From Laetmonice hystrix (lineage: Eukaryota): 64,000 nt of DNA. The position numbers and the translations under genes are program-made. Each line of letters starts with the position of its first letter. Position 1 is the stretch's first letter. Below, one piece after another: positions 49,191 to 61,417 of the stretch. The stretch is from contig OZ249444.1 of assembly GCA_965235115.1 (NCBI GenBank), positions 5,146,001 through 5,210,000 on the forward strand, written 5' to 3'. The notes under the pieces were generated by a model. It had not been told where the DNA came from. It worked only from the letters and a program-made list of their open reading frames with translations, and did not search any database.

Positions 49191-52100
49191 CAACGATTTT
49201 ATCACAGTTCCAGTCCTCACATTAGATTAGATGTAGTCATTAAATTCGGCAAAACGCCTTTTTGAAGTTTTGCAGTTATTTGCTGCCATCGCATGGCAGT
49301 GTTGGTGTCACACTGTGGCCACAGGCACAGTGTGACGTCACAGTATCGGCGCTGCAGCCAAAACGGTAGGATAGAAAAATGACCTGTTTGACCGGCAGAT
49401 GGCGCGACGACTACTACTATAGGATGGCCCATCCTACCCGTTTGGTGCGATGTCACCGAGTACGGCTTCATATCGCGTGGGCCTGGACCAATCAGAAAGC
49501 GGCATTGTTACTGAAACTGTGATAATAGTACAATACGAAGGGCAAATATTAGCGAAGCACTACTTTCATCTCGCAATGAGTTCTCCGGTTAAAAAGCCTT
49601 ATTTTATTGGTCCAAAAAATCCTTGAAAATCACCAAGCGTTGAAAAGCTATGAAAGTGGTGTGATCAAGGTTTGCCGAAACCTCTTGTGCTTGTGTGTTT
49701 TCCCATGAATGGATTCAAGAGGTTGCCATGGAAATGGGAATTAGATGGAATTGTGAACCGTGTGAGGAAAGGCGGTCTGTTTTGTTTGGGAGAAGGAGAG
49801 TCCACACTGAATTCGATGCTTCCTAGTCTGGAATTCTTCAGGCGGGAAGTGTATTGAGGAATCTCGTCTTGGAGAGGACCACTGGTGTGTTAAGGAAGCG
49901 AGGTTGAGGTCCATTGTGGGTGGGATTTGGGTGGCTAGCCGGACGGGGAAGGCTTTTCTTTGGGGGTTTGAGGGCAGGTGTCGGAAGTGATTGATGGGTC
50001 CTGCCCCGTCATCGGCCGGATCCTAGCGCAAGGCATGCCGGGGAGGGGTTGCGGTGGGCGAGATAGCGGTACCCATTGCCTGAGAACAGAGGCAGTTGTG
50101 GGGGGCCGCCTCCGACATGCAAACATGTTCGTGACTTTTACAACTGGCCCTTATCGGAAGGAATCAGAGCGGAGGGAGGGGGGATCCAGCGCTAATTCTG
50201 GATTTCACTTTGAAGCGGGCCGTGCGCAGGAATCAGTCACAAACACCGGTTTGACTGGTCCAGAAATATGGCCGGGATGCTGTGGAAGGCAGGATGGGGA
50301 GGGTAGATACTAATGTCGTTTATATGGATGCAGGTGCTAGATTTGACATGTCCTTATCATATGAAATTACCATACAGTGCGACACCAGACTGAAGTGGAT
50401 CTAATTGATGTGGGTCTACTTTCTCACGTTGTCAAAATGGATTTGCTCAGTTCTGAGCAGGTGCCGCGACACGTACTGTTCGAATTAGATTACTAAGGTA
50501 TAGAGTGAACGGTTTAGCGTTTTATAGGGAGAGCTTATTGTAAAGGATTTGTTTCAGGAGATTCCTGTTTTAGTGCCTGTCATGCACGTACTTCATGTCA
50601 TGAACGGAGAAATATGAAACATTAAGATTATGTAGTTTTGAGATTAGAATTGACAAACACTTGATTCTATACGTTGTAATTTCACAACGATTTGTTTCAG
50701 AACCACATATTTTGTATCCCTCTCTAATAGATTTTGTTGTTTTTTTAGAGATCTTTTGTCAGTACTTCGAGGCAATGTGTCTAATGCCATGATGACCAAG
50801 ACCGAAGATTTTGAATAACATATCTTGCTTGTGAAAAGGAGGCATCTACAGTTTAGGAATCGCGTTTCAAGCTATAGGTTTCACCATTTAGAAAATTTAG
50901 GTCTCGCAGTTGAGAAAACATAATTTAACATCGACGCTAAACATGACATCAAACGGTAGCTATGGGAACCTTGAGTCAGGGTGAGCAGTGACTGACCACC
51001 TCTCAACACTGGACACCGATATATCAACCACCGACAGGCCAAATTGTCCAAGGGTTGTCCCTGATCAATATACGCCATACATTCAGGTACTGTCACATTG
51101 GGAATGAATGCACTGGTCAGCAAGGAAGGAATCGACGTCGTGGTGGACGGGATTCCCTGTTTGTTCTATGCCCTCAGTATCTTTAAATATATGGCGTTAT
51201 AAAGATGTGCGCGTGGGTGGGGTTAGGGTTCAGTGGGGTTATAAGCGTTTGTGTAAATCTTCGAGGGCGGTGAATACAATTGGTCTCTGCGGACAGGACG
51301 GCAGAAGGAAATGCGGGAACATTGGCAGTGAATGGATTAACGGAAATGAACCCGAAGGGTCGTCCAAGGCCGCCCGAGGTCTGAACGTCATGTTCCTTTC
51401 CTTTTCTTTCTTGTTTTAGTTTTCTTCCCTTTTCTTTCTCTTCCTTTCTTGACATTCGGAATTTAGGCAGCATGTCTTTAGTAGTCATAGTCATTGTTTT
51501 AATAATCGTTTAGTGGAGTTTTCCCATCGCAATCAGTTTAAGGACCCTCAATGGTAAAACACTCCCTCTTGATTAAGTTCAAACTTAAGGATGCTGCATG
51601 CCGCCAGCAAGCAAGCTGCCATTTAGAGTGATAGCCCCAAGTAAAATCGGTGATGGGACTAACAAACTAGTCCTTACATTGTTCATCGTTAATATTCAGT
51701 CTTCAGTATAAACTCGCTGGTCGGGACGTCTTCGTGATCTCGTAACGTGACCCAGGGCGGCCGGGAAGTAGATCAGACCGATCCCTTTCTGCTGAGTATC
51801 AGGTACCCCGAGTATCAGAACTAGTCCCCAGGGCAAAGCTTAGTCTCGGTATCCTTTCACATCTCGTGAAATAAATATCCAAAATCCTAGGGCCCTTGTG
51901 ACACAGCCCCCTGGTAGTTCAAGGTACAGTCACACCGGCCTTGCCCCCACCCCCCTTGGTGTTTAGCAGAATGTAAAGAGAATGCCACAGTAGGTGGTCA
52001 TGTTGCGCAGACGTCAGCGCTGCCAGGGTGGCACCTTTTAATGTCAGTAAGGTTTAATGCCCAGCTGACGTCGAAGCTGTCTCTTAGAGGTGGCAGAGTC

Positions 52101-52625
52101 CAATTAAGAAATTGACCGGGGATTTAATTCCCGACAGCTCTTGCACAGGCGCTACTAATTTGTCTGGGTGGTTCTCACCCTCAACTAAGGATTGAGAGTG
52201 GGGCGGTGAGAAGGGGGCGGGGTAAAAACTTGACTGGGCCGAGCTGATTTGTCAGACCGTGTCGTTGGGTAGGCGACATGACGTCGTCATCGAGCAGGAC
52301 AGCTGACAGGCATTAATTACTTCCATTCATCTTTTATTTCCACCACATCGTCCCTCGTCCATTATGCATAAATGTCGTGTTTTTTTCTGCTGAAAATGAA
52401 TGCCGTCGATAAAAAGATACCCAGTGCAGAGATTATATTGTAGACGAGATGATGATAGTCTGGAAATGTATGTATATAATGTATATGATGTAGATCGGAA
52501 TTCACCGTCGACCTCACCGGCAGAGGTGATGCCTCTAGATTTTGTATACTGCGTATTTTGTTAGAATACGTGTATAATATCACATTGAACGTGTTTAATT
52601 TAAGCACACGTAGATATTGTTTTTA

Positions 52626-52975
52626 TGTTCCGACACGTTGTCAGTGCGTTCCTACACATTGTCAGTGCGTTCCTACACATTGTGTTCCTACACATTGTCA
52701 GTGCGTTCCTGCACATTGTCAGTGTGTTCCTACACATTGTCAGCGTGTTCCTACACATTGTCAGCGTGTTCCTACACATTGTCAGCGTGTTTCTACACAT
52801 TGTCAGCGTGTTTCTACACATTGTCAGCGTGTTCCTACACATTGTCAGCGTGTTCCTACACATTGTCAGCGTGTTCCTACACATTGTCAGCGTGTTCCTA
52901 CACATTGTCAGCGTGTTCCTACACATTGTCAGCGTGTTCCTACACACTGTCAGTGTGGTCCTACACATTGTCAGT
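52626..52975. repeat. Minisatellite, 21-bp unit CACATTGTCAGCGTGTTCCTA, about 16.5 copies
   Basis: Direct inspection; it explains the four overlapping 7-aa-repeat ORFs. Confidence 0.97.
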
Positions 52976-53164
52976 ACCTATACAGCACGACTCCGGGCCG
53001 TTTATAATTATGTGTTTCTCTAAATGTTGGCTCGCACGATAAAGCATCATGATGATCATTGTCAGATCTAGTGATAGCTGCGTAATTACAAATATTATCT
53101 TAAAATGCATGTAGAGGACAGACTAATTTGCAGACATCATGGTTATTTTTAAGTTACCTGGCTT

Positions 53165-53360
53165 NNNNNNNNNNNNNNNNNNNNNNNNNNNNNNNNNNNN
53201 NNNNNNNNNNNNNNNNNNNNNNNNNNNNNNNNNNNNNNNNNNNNNNNNNNNNNNNNNNNNNNNNNNNNNNNNNNNNNNNNNNNNNNNNNNNNNNNNNNNN
53301 NNNNNNNNNNNNNNNNNNNNNNNNNNNNNNNNNNNNNNNNNNNNNNNNNNNNNNNNNNNN
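53165..53360. other. Assembly gap (196 N)
   Basis: Run of N; the true gap size is unknown. Confidence 0.99.
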
Positions 53361-54548
53361 TTCTAACCCTCAAACTCCGCATTGGAAACATTGGATTTTC
53401 GCCCCATACCGTCTAGATTAAATGGATTACTTGGAATGAATATGCCATAATGAGATGTAGGCAAGTTTACTGAGCTATAACCATCCTCGTTTAACCTTCA
53501 GAAATGATCCCGGTGTTGTCACCGAGCTCGTATATATGTCGTTGAGACCACAGGTGCATGGCCTTACACATATTTCTTTATTGGACAAGGCTTTTCAACC
53601 CTGGGTTGTAAGATCTTTATTTGGGTATATAATGTTCACTCATAGACATGAAACCTAACACAGATAGGTTTCTGTCGGTCCGGGCACCTGTCTATACCTT
53701 TATGTCTCTACAAGTACATCGTACACGGCTCACCATATCACAGATTGAGCGGAACATGATGATGGTATTCCTAACATCACAGCGTCTATTGTTCATCTCA
53801 TGCACCTTACTGGATTTGATGCGGAGAACATTGCCTGACAATGGGAAGGATGGGGAGGGTTTGGTGTTTAACCACCGGTCTATATGTACTCCAGATATAC
53901 CTTAGAGGGGCATTAGGATCGGTGTAATGCGCCGTGCCTCATCCAGTTCACCTTGGGACACACCCCACTGGATTAATCTCAGATCTTGTGCCTGTGTACA
54001 CAGCTAAAGATCCTGCGTGCCCGGTCCTCTTTCCATGGGTTGATTTCCCATGGGGAGAGATTTAGGAGCGGTACAACCAACAAGCAATACGGTTCATTTC
54101 CTGGTACTGGTACTTACACCTTGTTGGCATGGCCCAGTTATTTACTTAGACCTATCCCTACAATGGCTAGGTAAAGACAAGAGCGGAGAAAACTTGGTAC
54201 CGTGCTGTGTTACCAACTTAATGGATCGTTTTAGCAAATAGTGGAAAACTTTCCGGTATGACTGTTATTTTGATCGGTTGTCTTTTTTTATGGTATCAAA
54301 CTGGTGGCACTGAGGTAATTTGATTTATGAGGCTATAGTATTGTGGTCTGAGTAATTATGGTTAATGGATTGGTAATTTTTACCGGCACAGCTATCCGAT
54401 TAAAGGTGTAATTATCGTCATGGTACTTACTTTCTTTTATTTTGTAACGGAAATATAATCCAAAACCCTTATCCATAATCTGGAGAAAACATAAGTCATT
54501 GAGTTAATTAATAAACACGTTTCTAATGTTTCGTTGTGTTTAAATAAC

Positions 54549-56106
54549 GGGGCAGGAGTTGAGGGGAATTGAGGGGACATCCCGCCCTGTGTGGTCAGCA
54601 GGGAGTGTGGGGCAGGAGTTGAGGGGACACCTCGCCCTGTGTGGTCAGCAGGAAGTGTGGGGGCAGGAGTTGAGGGGACACCTCGCCCTGTGTGGTCAGC
54701 AGGGAGTGTGGGGCAGGAGTTGAGGGGACGCCTCGCCATGTGTGGTCAGCAGGGAGGGTGGGGCAGGAGTTGAGGGGACGCCTCGCCCTGTGTGGTCAGC
54801 AGGGAGTGTGGGGCAGGAGTTGAGGGGACACCTATCCCTGTGTGGTCAGCAGGGAGTGTGGGGCAGGAGTTGAGGGGACACCTCGCCCTGTGTGGTCAGT
54901 AGGGAGTGTGGGGCAGGAGTTGAGGGGACACCCCGCCCTGTGTGGTCAGCAGGGAGGGTGAGGCAGGAGTTGAGGGGACACCTCGCCATGTGTGGTCAGC
55001 AGGGAGTGTGGGGCAGGAGTTGAGGGGACACCCCGCCCTGTGTGGTCAGCAGGGAGGGTGAGGCAGGAGTTGAGGGGACACCTCGCCATGTGTGGTCAGC
55101 AGGGAGTGTGGGGCAGGAGTTGAGGGGACACCTCGCCCTGTGTGGTCAGCAGGGAGTGTGGAGCGGGAGTTGAGTAGACACCTCGCCCTGTGTGGTCAGC
55201 AGGGAGTGTGGGGCAGGAGTTGAGGGGACACCTCGCCCTGTGTGGTCAGCAGGGAGTGTGGGGCAGGAGTTGAGGGGACACCCCGCCCTGTGTGGTCAGC
55301 AGGGAGTGTGGGGCAGGAGTTGAGGGGACACCTCGCCATGTGTGGTCAGCAGGGAGTGTGGAGCGGGAGTTGAGTAGACACCTCGCCCTGTGTGGTCAGC
55401 AGGGAGTGTGGGGCAGGAGTTGAGGGGACGCCTCGCCCTGTGTGGTCAGCAGGGAGCGTGGGGCAGGAGTTGAGGGGACATCTCGCCCTGTGTGGTCAGC
55501 AGGGAGTGTGGGGCAGGAGTTGAGGGGACATCTCGCCCTGTGTGGTCAGCAGGGAGTGTGGGGCAGGAGTTGAGGGGACACCTCGCCATGTGTGGTCAGC
55601 AGGGAGGGTGAGGCAGGAGTTGAGGGGACACCTAGCCATGTGTGGTCAGCAGGGAGTGCGGGGCAGGAGTTGAGGAGACACCTCGCCCTGTGTGGTCAGC
55701 AGGGAGTGTGGGCAGGAGTTGAGGGGACACCTCGCCCTGTGTGGTCAGCAGGGAATGTGGGGCAGGAGTTGAGGGGACACCTCGCCCTGTGTGGTCAGCA
55801 GGGAGTGTGGGGCAGGAGTTGAGTAGACACCTCGCCCTGTGTGGTCAGCAGGGAGTGTGGGGCAGGAGTTGAGGGGACACCTGGCCCTGTGTGGTCAGCA
55901 GGGGGTGTGGGGCAGGAGTTGAGGGGACATCTCGCCATGTGTGGTCAGCAGGGAGTGTGGGGCAGGAGTTGAGGGGACACCTCGCCCTGTGTGGTCAGCA
56001 GGGAGTGTGGGGCAGGAGTTGAGGGGACACCTGGCCCTGTGTGGTCAGCAGGGAGTGTGGGGCAGGAGTTGAGGGGACATCTCGCCATGTGTGGTCAGCA
56101 GGGGGT
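54549..56106 (+). repeat. Minisatellite, 50-bp unit GGGCAGGAGTTGAGGGGACACCTCGCCCTGTGTGGTCAGCAGGGAGTGTG, about 31 copies
   Basis: Direct inspection; period of 50. Confidence 0.98.
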
Positions 56107-56612
56107 GCCTATAAGGCTGTATCGCAGTAAATGTGGCAGTGAATTGCACTCCATCTGTCGAGTTTCGAAGCTTTGGCCTGAAATAAATACTGCCACTCAT
56201 GCATTTCAAATGTCTTAAAATGTACTTAAAAAGTTGTTCGTGACACTGACAGTTCGACACCTTTTTGACTATTCCCTGTTACCGCAACTTGATATTTTCC
56301 TAATGCTCTCAAATACTAAGTTAGTTTTTTTAAGGGAATGTTGGTTGTTGAAAGGTTGTTTCATACTGTTAGGAGTTTCTTTTCGATTTCTACGACCTGT
56401 ATTTGGTCAGAGATACAGGGATACTGAGAGTGCTACCAATATTCTCGGTGTAGTATTTATAGCATATTAAATGGCAGGTATGATAATATTTTAATGGAAA
56501 GTTCTCTGATTGGATCCGTGCGTTCCACCTGTACGAGATCTACCGCTGGGATCAGCAGGTGGTCTGGAAGGTGTCACGCAGACTGAGCCTGAGTCCGGTC
56601 TCCAGGGATCTG

Positions 56613-57276
56613 GGCCCAGTTTTTCAAAAATTCTCAACTTGAGTAAAGTTTATTAAGCTACAGCATAGGAACTGACGTCTATAAATAGCATATCGACCGT
56701 TAGGAGGGACGCCTATCGCGCAATGCTGAAGGACGAGACTGTCGCTTTAAGTAAACTAACAGGCTTCTGATTGGCTAGTCTGCTTAGGCCAACCAATCAG
56801 AAGCCTGTTAGTTTACTTAAAGGAAATATGTCACGGGGGTATCGACCGAAATCTTCAGTTTTCTGCTTACCTGCTCACCACTGACGTACTTTATGGCACT
56901 GATTGTTTTTCATATTGATTCTGTTAGACATACTACGAGTAGACAGCTGTGAAATTCTCCCTAATGTAGAAAAATGAATAAAACTAGCTGCAGTGTCCGC
57001 AAAGTGCGATGAATCCGCCATTTTGGCCCCCTTTGGCTGCCGCGAATCTTTTGAACGGGTCCCATGATCACGTGACTCTCGCTGTGATTACTAGATATGT
57101 AAACACGAGCTATAATGGCCTATCCGCCGATCATGTGAAAAGGGTGCAAAACACAGCCGGCTGTAAATCCCGGGTCTCGGAATCTAAGTGTGTCATTCTC
57201 AGTGACCGCATTAAGAATTGGCGATTAAAAAAAGAAATAGTTTTACTCAATGTGAGAATTTTTGAAAAACTGGGCC
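56613..57276. mobile_element. 664-bp PIF/Harbinger-like MITE
   Basis: 35-bp TIR GGCCCAGTTTTTCAAAAATTCTCA..GAGTAAA (33/35). Flanks are CTG on the left and CAG on the right (CWG-like, not an exact duplication). Same terminal motif as 3279-3417. Confidence 0.75.
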
Positions 57277-57679
57277 CAGGAATCCTGCCGAGTGAAGTAC
57301 TGTGATCGGTTGAACACTCAGAAATTAGAATAGACTTATGTTCACAAGGAATGGTACAATAACACGATTGACCGTTTGCATGATTGGTTATTCAATCTTT
57401 TAGCTTTAGGCCTATATCTTCTGTAACCAAGAGGCAGGGTACTTTACGTGGGTAAACCTCAGTGATGTATTTGCTTTGAAATGTTGCCAGATGTAAATGT
57501 TTGTGTGGGGCCTGCATTGATCCGACCAGGGATAGACACTGTTTATTAAGCAGCCCCAAGACTTTGATTGAGTTCTTACTGTTAAAGCTAGCCGTAGAGG
57601 GGTGGACGGTCCAGCTCTCACACTTCAGGCCATGTCGGTGGCTCTCCGCTAGCCAGGGCCGACTTCAGCACCTAAAGCC

Positions 57680-57750
57680 GTTACTGATTGGCTATATCAG
57701 CGTCCGCGCGGTGACCTATTTAAAACACGACGTCCCGCAAGTCAACAGAA
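57680..57750 (+). promoter_or_regulatory. Candidate CCAAT + TATA core promoter
   Basis: CTGATTGGC at 57684-57692 and TATTTAAA at 57717-57724, inside a CpG-rich stretch (about 57560-58350). Confidence 0.3.
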
Positions 57751-59658
57751 AACGCGAAGAAAATCCGCAGTGTCACTTGGAGGTCCTCAGGGGGGACTCT
57801 CTCAGATAAATGCTTTTATTGGAAGCGTTTATGCAGCGCGGGAATTAGATTTCCTCAGCGACAGCCCCGTTTGAGACGCTGGTCATTTTGTAATTGGAAA
57901 ATGGGCTTTGACGGGCAACAGCGGGAGCCGGGTGTGGGTGCATTTAGTCCCTTGTCTGACCCCCCGACCCGCACCTGTTAAGTTTACACCATGCCGTGGT
58001 AGGGGGCCTACGTCCTTTTTTTTCTACCAGTGCCGACGGCTGTAGGCTGTGACATGGCGGAATGCGGTGGTACCCACAGCGAACTGCGGGATTTCTTTGT
58101 ACTGGGCACCAGTTTGATATGAGCGACATCTGGCGGTGGTAGTGACAGTGCCGTAATGACGGGAGCTAGCCGCCAGGTGATCCATGGGGGCTCCCGTCAG
58201 ATCGAGGCTCCGTATTTATGGGCGGGTCCGTAAATTTCACATGTGACCGTCAGACCGTCTCGAGCCAGGCATGCGCAGTTCCTTGCTGCGGCGGGCGTCC
58301 AGCGTAGCGAGCACACCGAATGACGCGAATGTACCTTTTACGACGCCTTGTTAAGGCACAAAGATTGATCACAGCTCCTCTATTGATGCCTCAAGTACAG
58401 TAATGGATCTGTATTTGATGAAGCGTTGTCTGATAAATGCCTCGGTGATAGATAAAATTCGACACCGCTTGTCAGATTCGGGACCATAAAGCAGATTGAG
58501 GGGTGTTTCCCTGCAGTGGCAAGGTTTCTGCTGTCCACACACACCCTACACAAGCCCCTTCCTCCATCATAAACTCGCACTTGCAATGGTTTCCTAACAT
58601 GATTTCGCACTTTTGTTCAATCAGGCAAGATATGATTCGGGTGCCAAAAAAATAACTACTGTGCGAAGCAGGGAGGTGGTGAGTTGGTCCGGACGATGAC
58701 GCTAGGTGGCAGGCCGAGAGCTGTTAATCAGCCTAATTAACGTCTGGAGTGATTAATGCAGTCAGGATAATTCACTTAATTGTCAGATGAGGTATACAAA
58801 GGAAGGATTAATCAAACACCGGTGGGCGTATAATATGGCAGGATGTCACGCTGTAACTTGTACTGTATTTCAGATCAGTGAGAAACAGTGGTTTGATAGG
58901 GAAAGCTTTTAGGTCTCATCAGTCGCTAACAGAATTCGTCTCAATGTCCTGTTTTAAACGGGAAGCAAATGCATATATACATTTAACTCCTCAAAAACGT
59001 TCTGAAGACTTTGGGGGTTTTATGGAAAAAAATGAGAACTTTTAATGATAAGAAATAAGTGTTGGGTTTTGAACAAGACCCGCCACTCTGGTTGCGTTCA
59101 TTAGATGTGCCATTGGTGATTAGAGTCGCCCGGGGTAAGAATACTATGGTAAGGACCCAGTCGTCTGTCCACTGGTATTTGTTTGTCAGTTTGAACCAAT
59201 ACGCGTTGACTGGGATGGAATAAATGAATTACAGCGACGGCTTAATGTTGCTTCACGGAGTCTTAAACCATTGTAGTTCATTACCAGTCATTAATTTCAT
59301 CCATCATAGTTTGACAGTGCTCATTGAAGCTAGGAAGCAAGGCGTGGTTTTATGTAAATTTATAGTGTGGCTGACTTGTACTACATTACACGGAACGTCC
59401 CTACAAGAAATGCGTTATGTACTGACAAGGATTACGGAAATCGAGCAAAAAAAACCGTTAAGGGATTATGGCTTTCGTCTAAAAAATGGGTTCTTTGAAG
59501 GTCAAAATAAAGTAGGGAAGAGGTAGCTTTGAGATGTCTTACGGGGATTGGATCAGGATTGGGAGTTCATTGATAAATATTTGGCAATATCAAAACCGCT
59601 CAGTAAGGTTCCATATATCATGTTACTTTTCTTGTGGCTTCTTGGAGAACCTTGGAAA

Positions 59659-61417
59659 TTGGATTAGGACTGATTGAGTAGCATGGTCAGGAGGATGGTG
59701 AAGATGTTGGATTAGGACTGATTGAGTAGCATGGTCAGGAGGACGGTGAAGATGTTGGATTAGGACTGATTGAGTGGCATGGTCAGGAGGATGGTGGAGA
59801 TGTTGGATTAGGACTGATTGAGTGGCATGGTCAGGAGGATGGTGGAGATGTTGGATTAGGACTGATTGAGTGGCATGGTCAGGAGGACGGTGAAGATGTT
59901 GGATTAGGACTGATTGAGTGGCATGGTCAGGAGGATGGTGGAGATGTTGGATTAGGACTGATTGAGTGGCATGGTCAGGATGATGGTAGAGATGTTGGAT
60001 TAGGACTGATTGAGTAGCATGGTCAGGAGGATGGTGAAGATGTTGGATTAGGACTGATTGAGTGGCAGGGTCAGGAGGATGGTGAAGATGTTGGATTAGG
60101 ACTGATTGAGTGGCATGGTCAGGAGGATGGTGAAGATGTTGGATTAGGACTGATTGAGTAGCATGGTCAGGAGGATGGTGAAGATGTTGGATTAGGACTG
60201 ATTGAGTGGCATGGTCAGGAGGATGGAGATGTTGGATTAGGACTGATTGAGTAGCATGGTCAGGAGGATGGTGAAGATGTTGGATTAGGACTGATTGAGT
60301 GGCATGGTCAGGAGGATGGTGAAGATGTTGGATTAGGACTGATTGAGTGGCATGGTCAGGAGGATGGAGATGTTGGATTAGGACTGATTGAGTAGCATGG
60401 TCAGGAGGATGGTGAAGATGTTGGATTAGGACTGATTGAGTGGCATGGTCAGGAGGATGGAGATGTTGGATTAGGACTGATTGAGTGGCATGGTCAGGAG
60501 GATGGAGATGTTGGATTAGGACTGATTGAGTAGCATGGTCAGGAGGATGGTGAAGATGTTGGATTAGGACTGATTGAGTGGCATGGTCAGGAGGATGGAG
60601 ATGTTGGATTAGGACTGATTGAGTGGCATGGTCAGGAGGATGGTGGAGATGTTGGATTAGGACTGATTGAGTGGCATGGTCAGGAGGATGGTGGAGATGT
60701 TGGATTAGGACTGATTGAGTGGCATGGCCAGGAGGATGGTGGAGATGTTGGATTAGGACTGATTGAGTGGCATGGTCAGGAGGATGGTGGAGATGTTGGA
60801 TTAGGACTGATTGAGTAGCATGGTCAGGAGGATGGAGATGTTGGATTAGGACTGATTGAGTGGCATGGTCAGGAGGATGGTGAAGATGTTGGATTAGGAC
60901 TGATTGAGTGGCATGGTCAGGAGGATGGAGATGTTGGATTAGGACTGATTGAGTGGCATGGTCAGGAGGATGGTGGAGATGTTGGATTAGGACTGATTGA
61001 GTGGCATGGTCAGGAGGATGGTGAAGATGTTGGATTAGGACTGATTGAGTAGCATGGTCAGGAGGACGGTGGAGATGTTGGATTAGGACTGATTGAGTGG
61101 CATGGTCAGGAGGATGGTGAAGATGTTGGATTAGGACTGATTGAGTAGCATGGTCAGGAGGATGGTGAAGATGTTGGATTAGGACTGATTGAGTAGCATG
61201 GTCAGGAGGACGGTGAAGATGTTGGATTAGGACTGATTGAGTAGCATGGTCAGGAGGACGGTGAAGATGTTGGATTAGGACTGATTGAGTGGCATGGTCA
61301 GGAGGATGGTGGAGATGTTGGATTAGGACTGATTGAGTGGCATGGTCAGGAGGATGGTGAAGATGTTGGATTAGGACTGATTGAGTGGCATGGTCAGGAG
61401 GATGGTGACGATGTTGG
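59659..61417 (+). repeat. Minisatellite, 48-bp unit (45-bp variant) GATGTTGGATTAGGACTGATTGAGTGGCATGGTCAGGAGGATGGTGAA, about 37 copies
   Basis: Direct inspection. Confidence 0.98.

Noticed and set aside
51600-51890. Possible solo LTR
   Set aside because: No TG..CA boundaries with a TSD, no PBS/PPT, and no second copy in the window.
52558-53042. Four overlapping ORFs with 7-aa repeats (VPTHCQR, TLTMCRN, etc.)
   Set aside because: Simple translation of a 21-bp minisatellite with few stop triplets; no unique coding context.
53128-53421. ORFs containing poly-X
   Set aside because: Artefacts of the N-gap.
54437-56218. ORFs within the 50-bp array
   Set aside because: Repeat-derived, with recurrent TGA on + and no coding signature.
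58895-58930. Minus-strand CTGATGAGACC hammerhead-like core
   Set aside because: The downstream CGAAAC half is absent.
24338-61417. CRISPR-like interpretation of the regular arrays
   Set aside because: Units are contiguous head-to-tail copies with no unique spacers, there are no cas genes, and the context is eukaryotic.
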